A stretch of DNA of 64,000 bases from Diplonema japonicum (lineage: Eukaryota; Protista; Euglenozoa: Diplonemea), in NCBI GenBank assembly GCA_964019335.1, contig OZ025743.1, positions 1-64,000 on the forward strand. The letters run 5' to 3'. The notes under the pieces were generated by a model. It made no database searches, was not told where the DNA came from, and worked only from the letters and a program-made list of their open reading frames with translations. Below are positions 1-9,352 of the stretch, one piece after another; the stretch's first letter is position 1; every line of letters starts with the position of its first letter. A program made the translations under genes and the position numbers.

Positions 1-155
1 ACAGCTTCTGGTGGACACATACCAGTGCAACGAGCAGTACAAAGAAAAATGTAGCACGGCCTTCCATGCATCCTTCAGCACAGAAGGGTAGCAAAATCCG
101 CTAGCGCGGTTAACAGTACGTCAGGCGGTTTATTAAGAATTTTAAAAAGAAGAGT

Positions 156-345
156 AGGGTGTGCCACTCCTGGATGTTGTGCAGCTCCAGGGCAACACCT
201 GTGGACAGACTCAGGTTGCCCTGAGCTGCCTGCCACCCCAACGACAAATTAGTTTAATATCGCAGCACACGAGGTGCTGTATCAGATATTAAGCTGATAA
301 GAACAGATACTACACTTGATCTTAGCCAAAAGGCCGAGAAGGTAT
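156..345 (-). ncRNA. U2: U2 spliceosomal snRNA
   Basis: Minus strand reads ATACCTTCTCGGCCTTTTGGCTAAGATCAAGTGTAGTATCTGTTCTTATCAGCTTAATATCTGATA (canonical U2 5' end, GTAGTA branch-recognition), then an Sm-like AATTTG and two 3' hairpins. A T5 run follows the 3' end; 3' boundary approximate. Confidence 0.97.
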
Positions 346-453
346 GCCCTCTCAGAACAAAGCAATACCTAAACAATAAAAACCCTTTCCTTTTACTGCC
401 CAAAAACTATGGTGAGACACCACGGATCTGTAACACGAGAAGAAGAAGCAAAT

Positions 454-465
454 GGAATTGAACCC
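454..465 (-). promoter_or_regulatory. Candidate extragenic Pol III B-box upstream of U2
   Basis: GGGTTCAATTCC matches GGTTCRANTCC, ~110 nt upstream of the U2 start; no tRNA cloverleaf around it. Confidence 0.35.
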
Positions 466-750
466 ACACGTCGCCGTATGCAAGGCCATTGGAGCAGCGC
501 TAATACGCACAGGGGGAGCGGTGAAAGTGACGACACCCGCTTCCACAAAGCCCTCAGGGATAACGGGTTCCCGCTCTACGCTTTCCCCAGGTTCTTCGAC
601 AACGCCAGCTCCTTCCGTCGCGTTGCGATCCCCAGGGAGAACCAGTACATCAATAGGCTGGCCTGCTCCCTCAACATGCGGGGGAGGTTTGCCAAGACGC
701 AGACTCGTCGCCGCCGCAACACGAAACGTAAGCCTAAGGCAGTACGCAAG

Positions 751-795
751 CAACAGCAACAGCAGCAGCAACAGCAACAGCAACAACAACAGCAG
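751..795 (+). repeat. (CAG/CAA)15 microsatellite
   Basis: Read directly from the sequence. Confidence 0.9.
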
Positions 796-1859
796 CGGCA
801 CCAACAGCAGGGGCACTCGAATGCCCAACAGGTCCCCAGCCGCGACACTACGTCGCCGTCAGACCCCGGTAACTCCTCCACCAGATCTACTGCTCCCTCG
901 GTACGTACGGGGGGCTGTCGATCCAGCCCACTGGTGCCAACTTCAAGTCCCTTTGCATGAAGATCACGGCGCTGTGTTGAATTACGACTTCACCACCTGG
1001 GTCCCCAAACGGTCTTCAGATACCTAAACTTCTTAAGACGAAACTTCGTTGGGAATTTCTTCACCGCCAAGATCGCGGCGATCGAACGAGGCCTCACCAA
1101 ACGCCTCGCTCCCGCTCTTTTGAAAAAGGTGGTGCGCCGAGACGAAGGCTTCGTGTGGTTCAAGACGAGTTTTGACCATAAAGCCAAGGGTTGATCCTCT
1201 GGCGTAAGGTCTTCGAGGACAAGGAGGTAATTGCAGCATGCCCTAAGCCAGCCCTCCTTCGCAGAGTACACATATGCAACAAGCTTGGTCAAACCCTCAG
1301 GCTACAGTCTGCAATGTGACGAAGCTCAGCATCGAGACCCCGCCCAGAAGTGGACTGTACTTTATTGGTCGCTCCCCGTGGCTGATAAAGTTTCAAAGGA
1401 AGTTAACGGGGTCTCTTTACTTCCACTTTGAGCATTTATGAAACTAAGGCGACTGAAATGGTTTTAAGTTAGGATAGAAGCGAAGAAATAGATAAAAAGG
1501 GGTGGGAAAGAATAAATACTGCATACGAAAACAGAGAGTCGAGTAAAAAAGGGAAAAGGTGACTGACATCCTCAAGAGGAGCCTCCCACGTACCAGGAAT
1601 TAAGCAGAGGTTGCTTCCATGGCCCGTATCAGTCTATCGCCAGAAAGAATAATGAAAATAACATAACAAAGAGAAGGGGAGAAGAAACGGAAAAAGACGG
1701 CTTGGTCATCAGAGAATGTTGACCCAAATGCGTCGGCGGACGCAGTTTAACGTCATACCCGGGACGGAAACCATGTTGGGAAAGCAGAAGGGAAGTTAAA
1801 AGTCAAGAAGTGGAAAAGGAAAAGGTGGAAACTAAAATCATAGGGTGCGAGGTCTGTGA

Positions 1860-2464
1860 GACCCTGCATAGCCTATCGCCCTCGTAGCACGCCGGGCCGG
1901 CACTCCTACATTGCGTAGGGTCGTCTCCAGTAGTTCCTAGTTGTAGGAGCTCAGCACAGTCGACCACTGTGACTCGCTGTAGTAGAGGGTCCCTGCCCCC
2001 ACGAAGTCAGCGAGTAGGGCTGCCACAGTCGGATACGACTTGTCCTTGAACCCTTGGGTCTGCAACCGAAAGCCCTGTTCCTGGCGGGAAGCGTAGAGCC
2101 ACGTCGAGTCATAACAGACCAGCAGACACGGGATCGCGACGCGTGTGTCGAGGGGGACCGTGATCATGGGGGTCTCACCCAGGAAGTGTGTGCAAGCCCT
2201 GGACATGCAGCTGAGGTCAAAGACGGCCTCGCCCTGGGAAAGGATCGGCGACCGAATTTGAGCATTTAGAAACTAAGGGGTCAAGTATGAGTTTTTTTTT
2301 GAAGACTTGGGTACTTGGGGTCAAGCTACCATCTTTCCCTTTCAACACCCTCCAATCCAAGGGGTCCATCTTGTGTTTAGAATGAATCCGACGTGAGTCT
2401 GTAGGATCAGACATCCTCGTTTGCCGGCCCGGCGTGCTACGAGGGCAATAGGCTATGCAAGGTC
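1860..2464. repeat. ~600-bp segment bounded by 43-bp inverted repeats (1860-1902 / 2422-2464)
   Basis: gaccctgcatagcctatcgccctcgtagcacgccgggccggca matches the reverse complement of 2422-2464 with 2 mismatches; encloses an 89-aa ORF (1937-2206, -). Confidence 0.8.
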
Positions 2465-2489
2465 CGTTGCTCTGCATAAAAAAGAAAAA

Positions 2490-2562
2490 TGCCACCACCT
2501 GGGATTGAACCAGGGACCTTCAGATCTTCGGTCTGACGCTCTCCCAACTGAGCTAAAGCGGC
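2490..2562 (-). tRNA. tRNA-Phe(GAA), with C33 instead of U33
   Basis: GCCGCTTTAGCTCAGTTGGGAGAGCGTCAGACCGAAGATCTGAAGGTCCCTGGTTCAATCCCAGGTGGTGGCA; 73 nt cloverleaf with A/B boxes and a T-run terminator. Confidence 0.95.
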
Positions 2563-2566
2563 CTAC

Positions 2567-2900
2567 TTTTTTTTTTTTAATAATAATAATAATAAATATT
2601 CCACTACCAGGCGGGAGGATCGAAGGGGAGTAGAGAAAACCATTCAAGGGAAAGGGAAAGGGACATCACTTCAAACCAAGAGAGGTGTTTGAAAGTGATT
2701 CGTGAAAAGCAGTCTCTGTTACTGAGCCATTGGTCGAGGGGTCCTGGTCCGCTGCTCCCTGTAGTAAATTACTTGGACCCCCTCACCACGCTCTTTTCAT
2801 AATAAAATAAAACCGATCCCACCCACCAGGCAGCACCTGGGTCTCGAGGCATTAGCCGCCTCTAGTAACAAGAGACGACCTCCCAGATTTTAAGAACTTT
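2567..2900 (-). mobile_element. SINE-like element S1, (TTA)n/A tail abutting the tRNA-Phe 5' flank
   Basis: Near-identical inverted copy at 26724-27045; ends CCGCCTGGTAGTGGAATATT(TAT)n; non-coding. Confidence 0.85.
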
Positions 2901-3013
2901 GGAGGAGTTTCAATTGTGAAAAATTAACCAGCTGACTGTGAAACTCCACCGTCTGCTGGACTTGTTGGGCTTTCGGGAGCCAATAAATTCAATTCAATTA
3001 AGTTTCGTTCTTC

Positions 3014-3015
<2 letters not shown>

Positions 3016-3074
<59 letters not shown>

Positions 3075-6000
3075 TTTCTCAAAATAAAGGAATTCAAATC
3101 AAGCTCGATTGTGTACACCGAAGCTTGAATCATCTGTCCTTCTTTTTTTTCTTTTTTTTTTTTTCTTTTTTCTTTCTATATGAAAGGTGAGTGAAAAATT
3201 TGAATAACACTGGGGGCGGGGGACAGGGGCCTGGTAATGGAAAATAAGGGAAGACACTGGGGAGGGAGGTGAAAAGAAAGGATAGGAGTGAAGCCAGAGT
3301 CGAGAGATTGAGTTAGAAACAATTGCTGTCTGAAGTCGTTTAACAACTTCAGACCTCAATGTTTGGAGAGTATAACATATTATAATTTATAAGTTTTTTC
3401 ACAATGTTCCCTGCCGCTCCAAGAGCTGGGCGGTCTTACAGGCGTCGGTGGACAGGAGGACTTTGAGGGAAGGAAGGGAGCTACCGAAGATCTGACTCCT
3501 TTGGTCGATCCTCTTTCCGTCTTGGCATTCCCGTAGGAGGTGGCTTAGAGTCTGGGGTTGCGAACATAGATGGCACGGGACCTCCTCGACTGGGGGTATG
3601 AGTAGGTATCCGCAAGTGAGTGGGCTCTTCCCCACCCTCAGCCTCATGATCGCCACTTCTTTCTTTCTGTCCAGCTCCTCGAACTTCTCGTAACTTCCGG
3701 CAAACTGCTCCCTGTACGTCTTTGTGACGCCAGTATCCTTCCATAGGCGGAGGTGGCTTCTGATGACATGCTTCCTCACCAGAGTTTTAACCACCTCAAT
3801 GTCTGTCTCACGGGTGTGGGCCAGTCTTTCGCTCGCCTCTTTTGCCTTCTGGTCCGCCTTCTCGTTCCACTTGTACCCGCAGTGACTCGGGACGTATTGA
3901 ACGATTAGCTTGTGGCCTCTGCCTGTCAAGCTCGCGACCTCCTGCCAGAGTTCGAAGTCATCTTTGGAGGCTGCCGACATGTGTCCCTGGCACATCTTCC
4001 GTATCACCGACTGCGAATCTGTGCATATCAGAACCATCCCTTGGCTTGCAAGCTTCCTCTCTGAGAGTCTTGTCGCCAGTCGGATCCCTAGCCTCAGGGC
4101 CCTGAGTTCGCATTTGTAGGATGTCGAATACAGTCCACCGCTGATCCCGTAGGCAGCATCGGACCCGTTGTGCAGCAGGATGGCGGCCGAGCCTCCGTTT
4201 TTCCCATCCTTTACGGACCCGTCTGTGAACACCATGCAGAATGCCCGGCCGTGTTTCTCGCATAACCTGTTCAGGGTGTTCGTTGTTGCCTCTTTCCTGA
4301 CCTCTTTTGGGTCCGTCCTTTTCACCTGCGTGTCTAGGAAGGGGGAGAGCACGAGTTGCCCCTCGAATCTTTGCCAGGGTGCAACCGCGAGTCTCCTCAT
4401 GAAGACGGCGCCCGAGTGAGGTGTGCCCGTCCTCTCTGGGAGTTTGTAGGCTTTCGATGCCTCTCTCTGTTTGTCAGACCAAGTCCTCCTTGGTAGGAGC
4501 TTCTCGTACCTGGTCAGATCCTCCAGAGGCTGAGTCGCCTGGTATGCGGCGGTGTCCACTTTTCTCATCAGTGACTCGTAGAGCAACAGGCTGTCGTGTT
4601 CGATCAGCGCATCCAGGGTCCACAGCCCCGCTTCGTTCAGTGTCGCGAATGTCTCTGATGACGCGATGCAGCCTGTGATCTTCACCGCTGCCCTGTATTG
4701 AAGCTTCTTGATGCCTTCGTGGGGCGTGTTCCTCCCGCTCGGGAGAAATGACCCGTACACGCCCAAGCAGTATCTGAAGACTGGTTGCACATATGTGAGG
4801 TATAGAGCCCTCAACACCACCTTCTTGCAACCCCATCTCGTTCCCGCAAGGCAGCTCAGCAGCCTGACCCTGCTTTCACCTCTTTCCAAGACGTCTCTGG
4901 AGTGTTCGGAGAAAAGCATGTCCTCCTCGAAGGTGACTCCGAGCAGCTTTGTTTTTTCGACCACCTCGAGTTCTTCGCCGGTCTTGAAAGTTGCTCTGAT
5001 CTTCCCCTTCAGTGTTCTCTGCGGATAGGAGATGCCAGCAACGGGAAGGAACTCTGTCTTTCCCTTGGAGATCACCATCGAGTTTCTCGAGCACCAGCTC
5101 TCCACAACCCTCAGGATCTTCATCAGTTTTCCATTCAAGCTGTCCAGGTCTTTTTCGTGCAGCACCACCGCAATGTCGTCTGCGTACATCACGGCATCAA
5201 TGACCTCCTTTTCGAACGTCTCTGAGAGGTCGTCCATGTAGATCGAGAAGAGGGTTGGGGCAAGGATGGTTCCCTGTGGAACCCCACCCGTTATGTGTTC
5301 GTGCTTCCCTGTTTCGCCACTCACCTTGACGGCAGCGATCCTCTGGTCTAGGAAAGCGGCCACCCAGTCCGTAATTCTTTGCGGGTAGCCATTACTCCTC
5401 ATTTTCGCATTTAGACCCTTGTGCCACACTGTGTCGAAGGCTCCTTTCAGGTCGAAGAGCAAAAGTCCGCCGCAGAACTCATCGTCTCTGATGCGGTTCA
5501 GTTTCGTGGTCACTTGCAGGACGTTCTCTTCTGTGGAGCGCCCTTTCCTGAAACCTGACTGCATTTTGTGCACCCTCTTCACATCTCCCACGTCTTGGTG
5601 GTAGTCGACCCTTATCTTTACTATCCTCTCCATTGTCTTTGAAATGTTGGAGGTTAGCGATATCGGTCTGTACGATGCCGGATCACTTCTTGACTTGCCC
5701 TTTCCTTTGTAAAGTGGGATTATGTGCGTGAACCTCCAGTCTGATGGTACCACTCCCTTCTCCCATGACATATTGAACAGATGGAGTAATGTGTCCATGG
5801 CCGTCCCCCCCAGGTGTTTCAGCATCTCGTTGTAGACACCGTCTGGGCCCGGGGATTTCCCCTTCTTCAACTGCCTCAGCGCGTGCTTCAGTTCCTCCAT
5901 GCTTATCCCTGGGCAAGTGACCCTGTCCCTCAAGTCCTTGATCACTTTGGACTTCCTGTTTTCACCGTCCAGCATCTTCTTTGTGTCCTTGTTAAGGTGG

Positions 6001-7631
6001 GGTGCAAAAGCCTTTGCGTAGTGCTCCACAAGGACGTCTGCTTTTTGCTTCGCCGATGTGTGTAGCTTGCCGCCTGCCATTAGTGGTGCTACTGGATCTT
6101 TGTCCTTCCTGCCATCGAGCGTTTTTATCGTCCTGAAAGCGTGTCCCAAGTCCTTTTTCTGAGACAGCTCCTTCATGTAGTCGGCCCACGCTCTTTTCTT
6201 CCCTTCATCGATCTGTTTCTGCACTTGCCTGCTGATTTCACCAAGCCTCTCGCATTGTTCTATCGATGGGATGCCGATGTCCGACATAATCTCCTTCTTC
6301 AGAGCGTTTCTTCTTCCAACCAGTTGCGTCAGCTCTTCAGTCCACCACGCTTTCCCGCCTCTCGCTCCCCCTCTTGGGATGAAGAGCCTGGCGGCCTCCT
6401 TGACTGCTTCAGTGAACTGCTTGTTTAGCCTGACCGGGTCTCCTGTTCTCTGCAGGTGCCTCAGGGTGTACTCCAGATGATTTCTGTACCCCTCCCAGTC
6501 AGCTTTTTTGAAGCTGAATTTCTTAATGGTTGGTCCGGTTTCGTATTTCGTTCTTATCCGGATGGACATGGGTATGTGGTCAGACCCCCATGAATCGAGG
6601 GTTGTCCAGGATCTAGAGTCCATGTCTGGCCCGCTTATCACCAGGTCCGGTGATGATAAGGAACCTCTTGTGTTCAATAGTGTCGGTGTGGCTTTGTCAT
6701 TCCAGGGTCGCATCCCTTTCTCGATCATCCACTTTGCGACTTTGTCACCTATGAGGTCCTCTTTCTTTCTTCTCCCGTCCCACAGAGGGTGGTGGGCGTT
6801 GAAATCCCCCATGATTAAGGTTCTGTCCCCTGTCGGGAGTGTGTTCGGGTTGAAGTAGGTGTCGATGCTCGGTCTGTCATCGCTCGGATCTGACGGCGAT
6901 GTTGGTGGAAGGTAGATGTTCACCAGGAGGATCTCCTTTTGACCTGGCGGGTATATTTTGACGTCCAGTCTTTCCGTCACGTCATTTTTCTTCTCCTTCC
7001 TTTCGACACCGCTAGCGTTGATGCCTTCTTTCACGAGAGTCAGTAAGCCGCCCCCTTTTATGGGGAAATTCCTCCTTCTCGGTCGCGTCCTGTCTCTTCG
7101 GAAAGCTCTGTACCCTTCGAACCAGCCGTGGATCGCATCGTCTGATGTTAGGTGTGTCTCTTGGAGACACAGGATGTCCGGCGCTGTTTCTTCGATAGCC
7201 TTCTCGATTTCGGCCTTCCTAGCTCTGAGGGACCTCACGTTCAGCGAGACTATCTTCAGCCATCCGTCTTTCGCGGCTGGCCCCGGGTTCTGCTCGACGT
7301 CACCGCACGCCAAGATGTCCATATCATGTGGTCCGCAACCTTTGCGCATCTTTCTCGGTGTGGTCGAGGGTCGTTTCAGCATGTATGTCACTCTGCCTTT
7401 GTGGTCACCCCTACCTTCAGGTCTTCGAAGATAGGGTTGTACGACTTGGGGGGGGCCGGCCCTAACAGACCTTACGTCGCCACCACTAACGCCTTGTCCC
7501 GTTTGGACACCCCTATACGTGCGGGGCCGGCCAGGATTTAGCCGCGAGTTGTAGCCAAGTCGTACGAGCTTCCTTCGCGCAGAGAGATGACATTGCTGTG
7601 ACCCGTTGTCGTCGTCGTCGTCGTCGTCGTG
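3016..7631 (-). mobile_element. Non-LTR retrotransposon family A (Ingi/I-group-like)
   Basis: Poly(A) tail at 3016-3077, 3' end TTTATTTTGAG(A)n, intact pol ORF, structured 5' leader starting with (GAC)n. Confidence 0.9.
3399..7391 (-). CDS. Family A polyprotein: 2A peptide - APE endonuclease - RT - RNase H - CCHC knuckle
   Basis: GDVEQNPGP; SLNVRSL, LQETH, GDFNAHH, SDH; YRPISL, QSGFR, GVPQG, YADD; FTDGS/TDS/HCG/NEKAD; CHLC..HLL.EC. First ATG at 7382. Confidence 0.95.
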   Translation of the reverse strand: MTYMLKRPSTTPRKMRKGCGPHDMDILACGDVEQNPGPAAKDGWLKIVSLNVRSLRARKAEIEKAIEETAPDILCLQETHLTSDDAIHGWFEGYRAFRRDRTRPRRRNFPIKGGGLLTLVKEGINASGVERKEKKNDVTERLDVKIYPPGQKEILLVNIYLPPTSPSDPSDDRPSIDTYFNPNTLPTGDRTLIMGDFNAHHPLWDGRRKKEDLIGDKVAKWMIEKGMRPWNDKATPTLLNTRGSLSSPDLVISGPDMDSRSWTTLDSWGSDHIPMSIRIRTKYETGPTIKKFSFKKADWEGYRNHLEYTLRHLQRTGDPVRLNKQFTEAVKEAARLFIPRGGARGGKAWWTEELTQLVGRRNALKKEIMSDIGIPSIEQCERLGEISRQVQKQIDEGKKRAWADYMKELSQKKDLGHAFRTIKTLDGRKDKDPVAPLMAGGKLHTSAKQKADVLVEHYAKAFAPHLNKDTKKMLDGENRKSKVIKDLRDRVTCPGISMEELKHALRQLKKGKSPGPDGVYNEMLKHLGGTAMDTLLHLFNMSWEKGVVPSDWRFTHIIPLYKGKGKSRSDPASYRPISLTSNISKTMERIVKIRVDYHQDVGDVKRVHKMQSGFRKGRSTEENVLQVTTKLNRIRDDEFCGGLLLFDLKGAFDTVWHKGLNAKMRSNGYPQRITDWVAAFLDQRIAAVKVSGETGKHEHITGGVPQGTILAPTLFSIYMDDLSETFEKEVIDAVMYADDIAVVLHEKDLDSLNGKLMKILRVVESWCSRNSMVISKGKTEFLPVAGISYPQRTLKGKIRATFKTGEELEVVEKTKLLGVTFEEDMLFSEHSRDVLERGESRVRLLSCLAGTRWGCKKVVLRALYLTYVQPVFRYCLGVYGSFLPSGRNTPHEGIKKLQYRAAVKITGCIASSETFATLNEAGLWTLDALIEHDSLLLYESLMRKVDTAAYQATQPLEDLTRYEKLLPRRTWSDKQREASKAYKLPERTGTPHSGAVFMRRLAVAPWQRFEGQLVLSPFLDTQVKRTDPKEVRKEATTNTLNRLCEKHGRAFCMVFTDGSVKDGKNGGSAAILLHNGSDAAYGISGGLYSTSYKCELRALRLGIRLATRLSERKLASQGMVLICTDSQSVIRKMCQGHMSAASKDDFELWQEVASLTGRGHKLIVQYVPSHCGYKWNEKADQKAKEASERLAHTRETDIEVVKTLVRKHVIRSHLRLWKDTGVTKTYREQFAGSYEKFEELDRKKEVAIMRLRVGKSPLTCGYLLIPPVEEVPCHLCSQPQTLSHLLRECQDGKRIDQRSQIFGSSLPSLKVLLSTDACKTAQLLERQGTL

Positions 7632-7884
7632 TATTATTTTTTTTTTATTTTTATATTTTTTTTTTGTTGTTTTTTTTTTTTTCTCTTGTTCTTTTATTTT
7701 CTTTATGTTTTTTTTTTTGTTTTTGTTTTTTTTTTTATGGTTTTTTTTTTTTTTTTTTTTTTTATTATTTTTTTTTTTGTAGACGAATTGGGGGGTTGGG
7801 GGCTTAATAGGGAAACACTTTCTTTTTTCTTTTTTTTTTCTTTCTTATCTATTATGGTAAAATGGAAAAAACTTATCACCTTTT

Positions 7885-9267
7885 TCACCTCTTCTTTGAT
7901 TTTCCGCCTTTCCCGGACTTCTTCGCTGTGTCCGGTGTGCTCGGTGTCGGCGATGTCGAGGTGGAGGAGGAGGTTGTCCCCTTCGAACCCTTCGAGCCCC
8001 CTGGTGCGTAGGGCGCTGCCTTCAGCGACACCTTTGCAGAGGCCCATTCCTGGCCCCTGCGCCTTCCTGGTTTTGCTCCGGCGGGAGTGTCTTCCAACTC
8101 CGTTTCCGAGCCCGAGGATGGCTGGTGTTGCTGTGGGGTGTTCGGTTCCAGCTCCGGTCCGATGAATTTGGACGGTGTCGGGGCTGTGGGTGTGGCGGTG
8201 GTTTGGGCCTTTTTGGCCTTTAGGGCCGTTCTTCTGGCGGTGTCCCTCGCGTCCCGCTCCTCCTGCTTGGCCATCATGGCACGCACCCCTTTCTCCAGAG
8301 CCTCCTGTTGACTCCTCAGCTGCTCCATCAGAGCCGGGAGGCTGGTCCTGATCTCTGCCAGACCCTCTCCCTGCTTCCGCAGCTCCTCCCCCTGCACACT
8401 TACCTGTTTCTGCAGGGGTTGGATGCTGGTCTGGACGGCTGCCAGTCCTTCCCCCTGCTTCAGCACCGCCTCCCCTTGCGCACTGACCTGTTTCTGCAGG
8501 GCCGGGTAACTGGACTGTGCTTCTGCCAGAGACGTCCTCTGTCTCTGCAGTTCCTCTCACTGCGCGGTGATCTCCTGTCTCTGCGCCGAGAGTTCGGCCC
8601 TCTGCGCCGCAACTTCTTGATGCAGATTCTGCATCTGGGCTACCATATCTGGCGAGATTGTTGCCTGTTGTTGCTGTTGTTGGGGGGGCTCCTGTGTGTT
8701 TTTTTGGGGTGTGGCGGTCCTCTTCCTCCACTCTTCTACTGCCTTGCAGTAGAGCTGCCACCCTACCGACCGGCCGTAGAATTCCAGAAATTCTTCTGGG
8801 CTGTACCTGTCTTGGTGGACTTTTGTTCTTTTTTTTTTTTCTTCCCCCTTCCTCGACCACTTCTTCCCTCCTGCAGCCCTGGACTCCAGGGGGTCGGCCA
8901 CCTTTATCGCCGGCAGGACTTCTGCCGTGGCGCCGTTCACCTTGATGCAGGTGTGGTGGGGGGGGGTGCGTGCGGTGTAGAGGAGGAAGGACGCGCCTTC
9001 CGTCGTCAGGATGACGACCTTCTCGGTCTGCTCTGAGACCGTTGCTGCGAGAATCGCAGCTGCGCCCTTCTCCTCCACTCCCTTCGGCAGCGGACCGATG
9101 ATCCAGTTGCCCTTCCGCACCTCGTCCTTTTTCTCCTTCTTCTTCTCTTCTTCTTCTTCGAATACCAGATTTAACTCTGGCATCGCCGCGGCGTCTTCGT
9201 CCACCTGCATCTGCAGGCTGTCCAGTGGGGGCCTCGTGGAGGCGTCCGCGCTGGTCTGCTGATCCAT
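7885..9267 (-). pseudogene. ORF1-like coiled-coil protein with one in-frame TGA (8557-8559)
   Basis: ORFs 8557-9267 and 7885-8466 are in the same frame. The TGA sits where repeats read QGE. Heptad-like repeats, basic C-terminus, directly upstream of family A pol. Confidence 0.55.
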
Positions 9268-9319
9268 TTTTATAAATTTTTATTAAAATTTATTATGTGA
9301 TAGTGTATCAGACCCCCCA

Positions 9320-9322
<3 letters not shown>

Positions 9323-9352
<30 letters not shown>

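Larger units (their letters stand above)
409..1431 (+). pseudogene. Fragmented unidentified coding-like sequence with polyQ tract
   Basis: Overlapping ORF pieces in different frames (409-960, 452-1027, 1231-1431); no recognisable domain. Confidence 0.25.

Noticed and set aside
1-60. Minus strand loosely resembles a euglenozoan spliced-leader gene (GCTACA..TTTC..TGTACT..TGGTATG..AGAAGCT)
   Set aside because: It needs several large gaps, and the + strand reads as an ordinary open frame ending at a TAG near 91; probably coincidence.
156-345. U2-specific retrotransposon (Utopia/Keno-type) insertion
   Set aside because: U2 is uninterrupted and no U2 fragments flank the nearby elements.
1718-1772. 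Small hairpin element CCCGGGTATGACGTTAAACTGCGTC..GACGCA (minus strand)
   Set aside because: Single copy, no covariation evidence, no family I can support.
8557-8559. TGA reassignment (alternative genetic code)
   Set aside because: Host genes use TGG for Trp and several end in TGA; a Gly-to-stop mutation explains this site.
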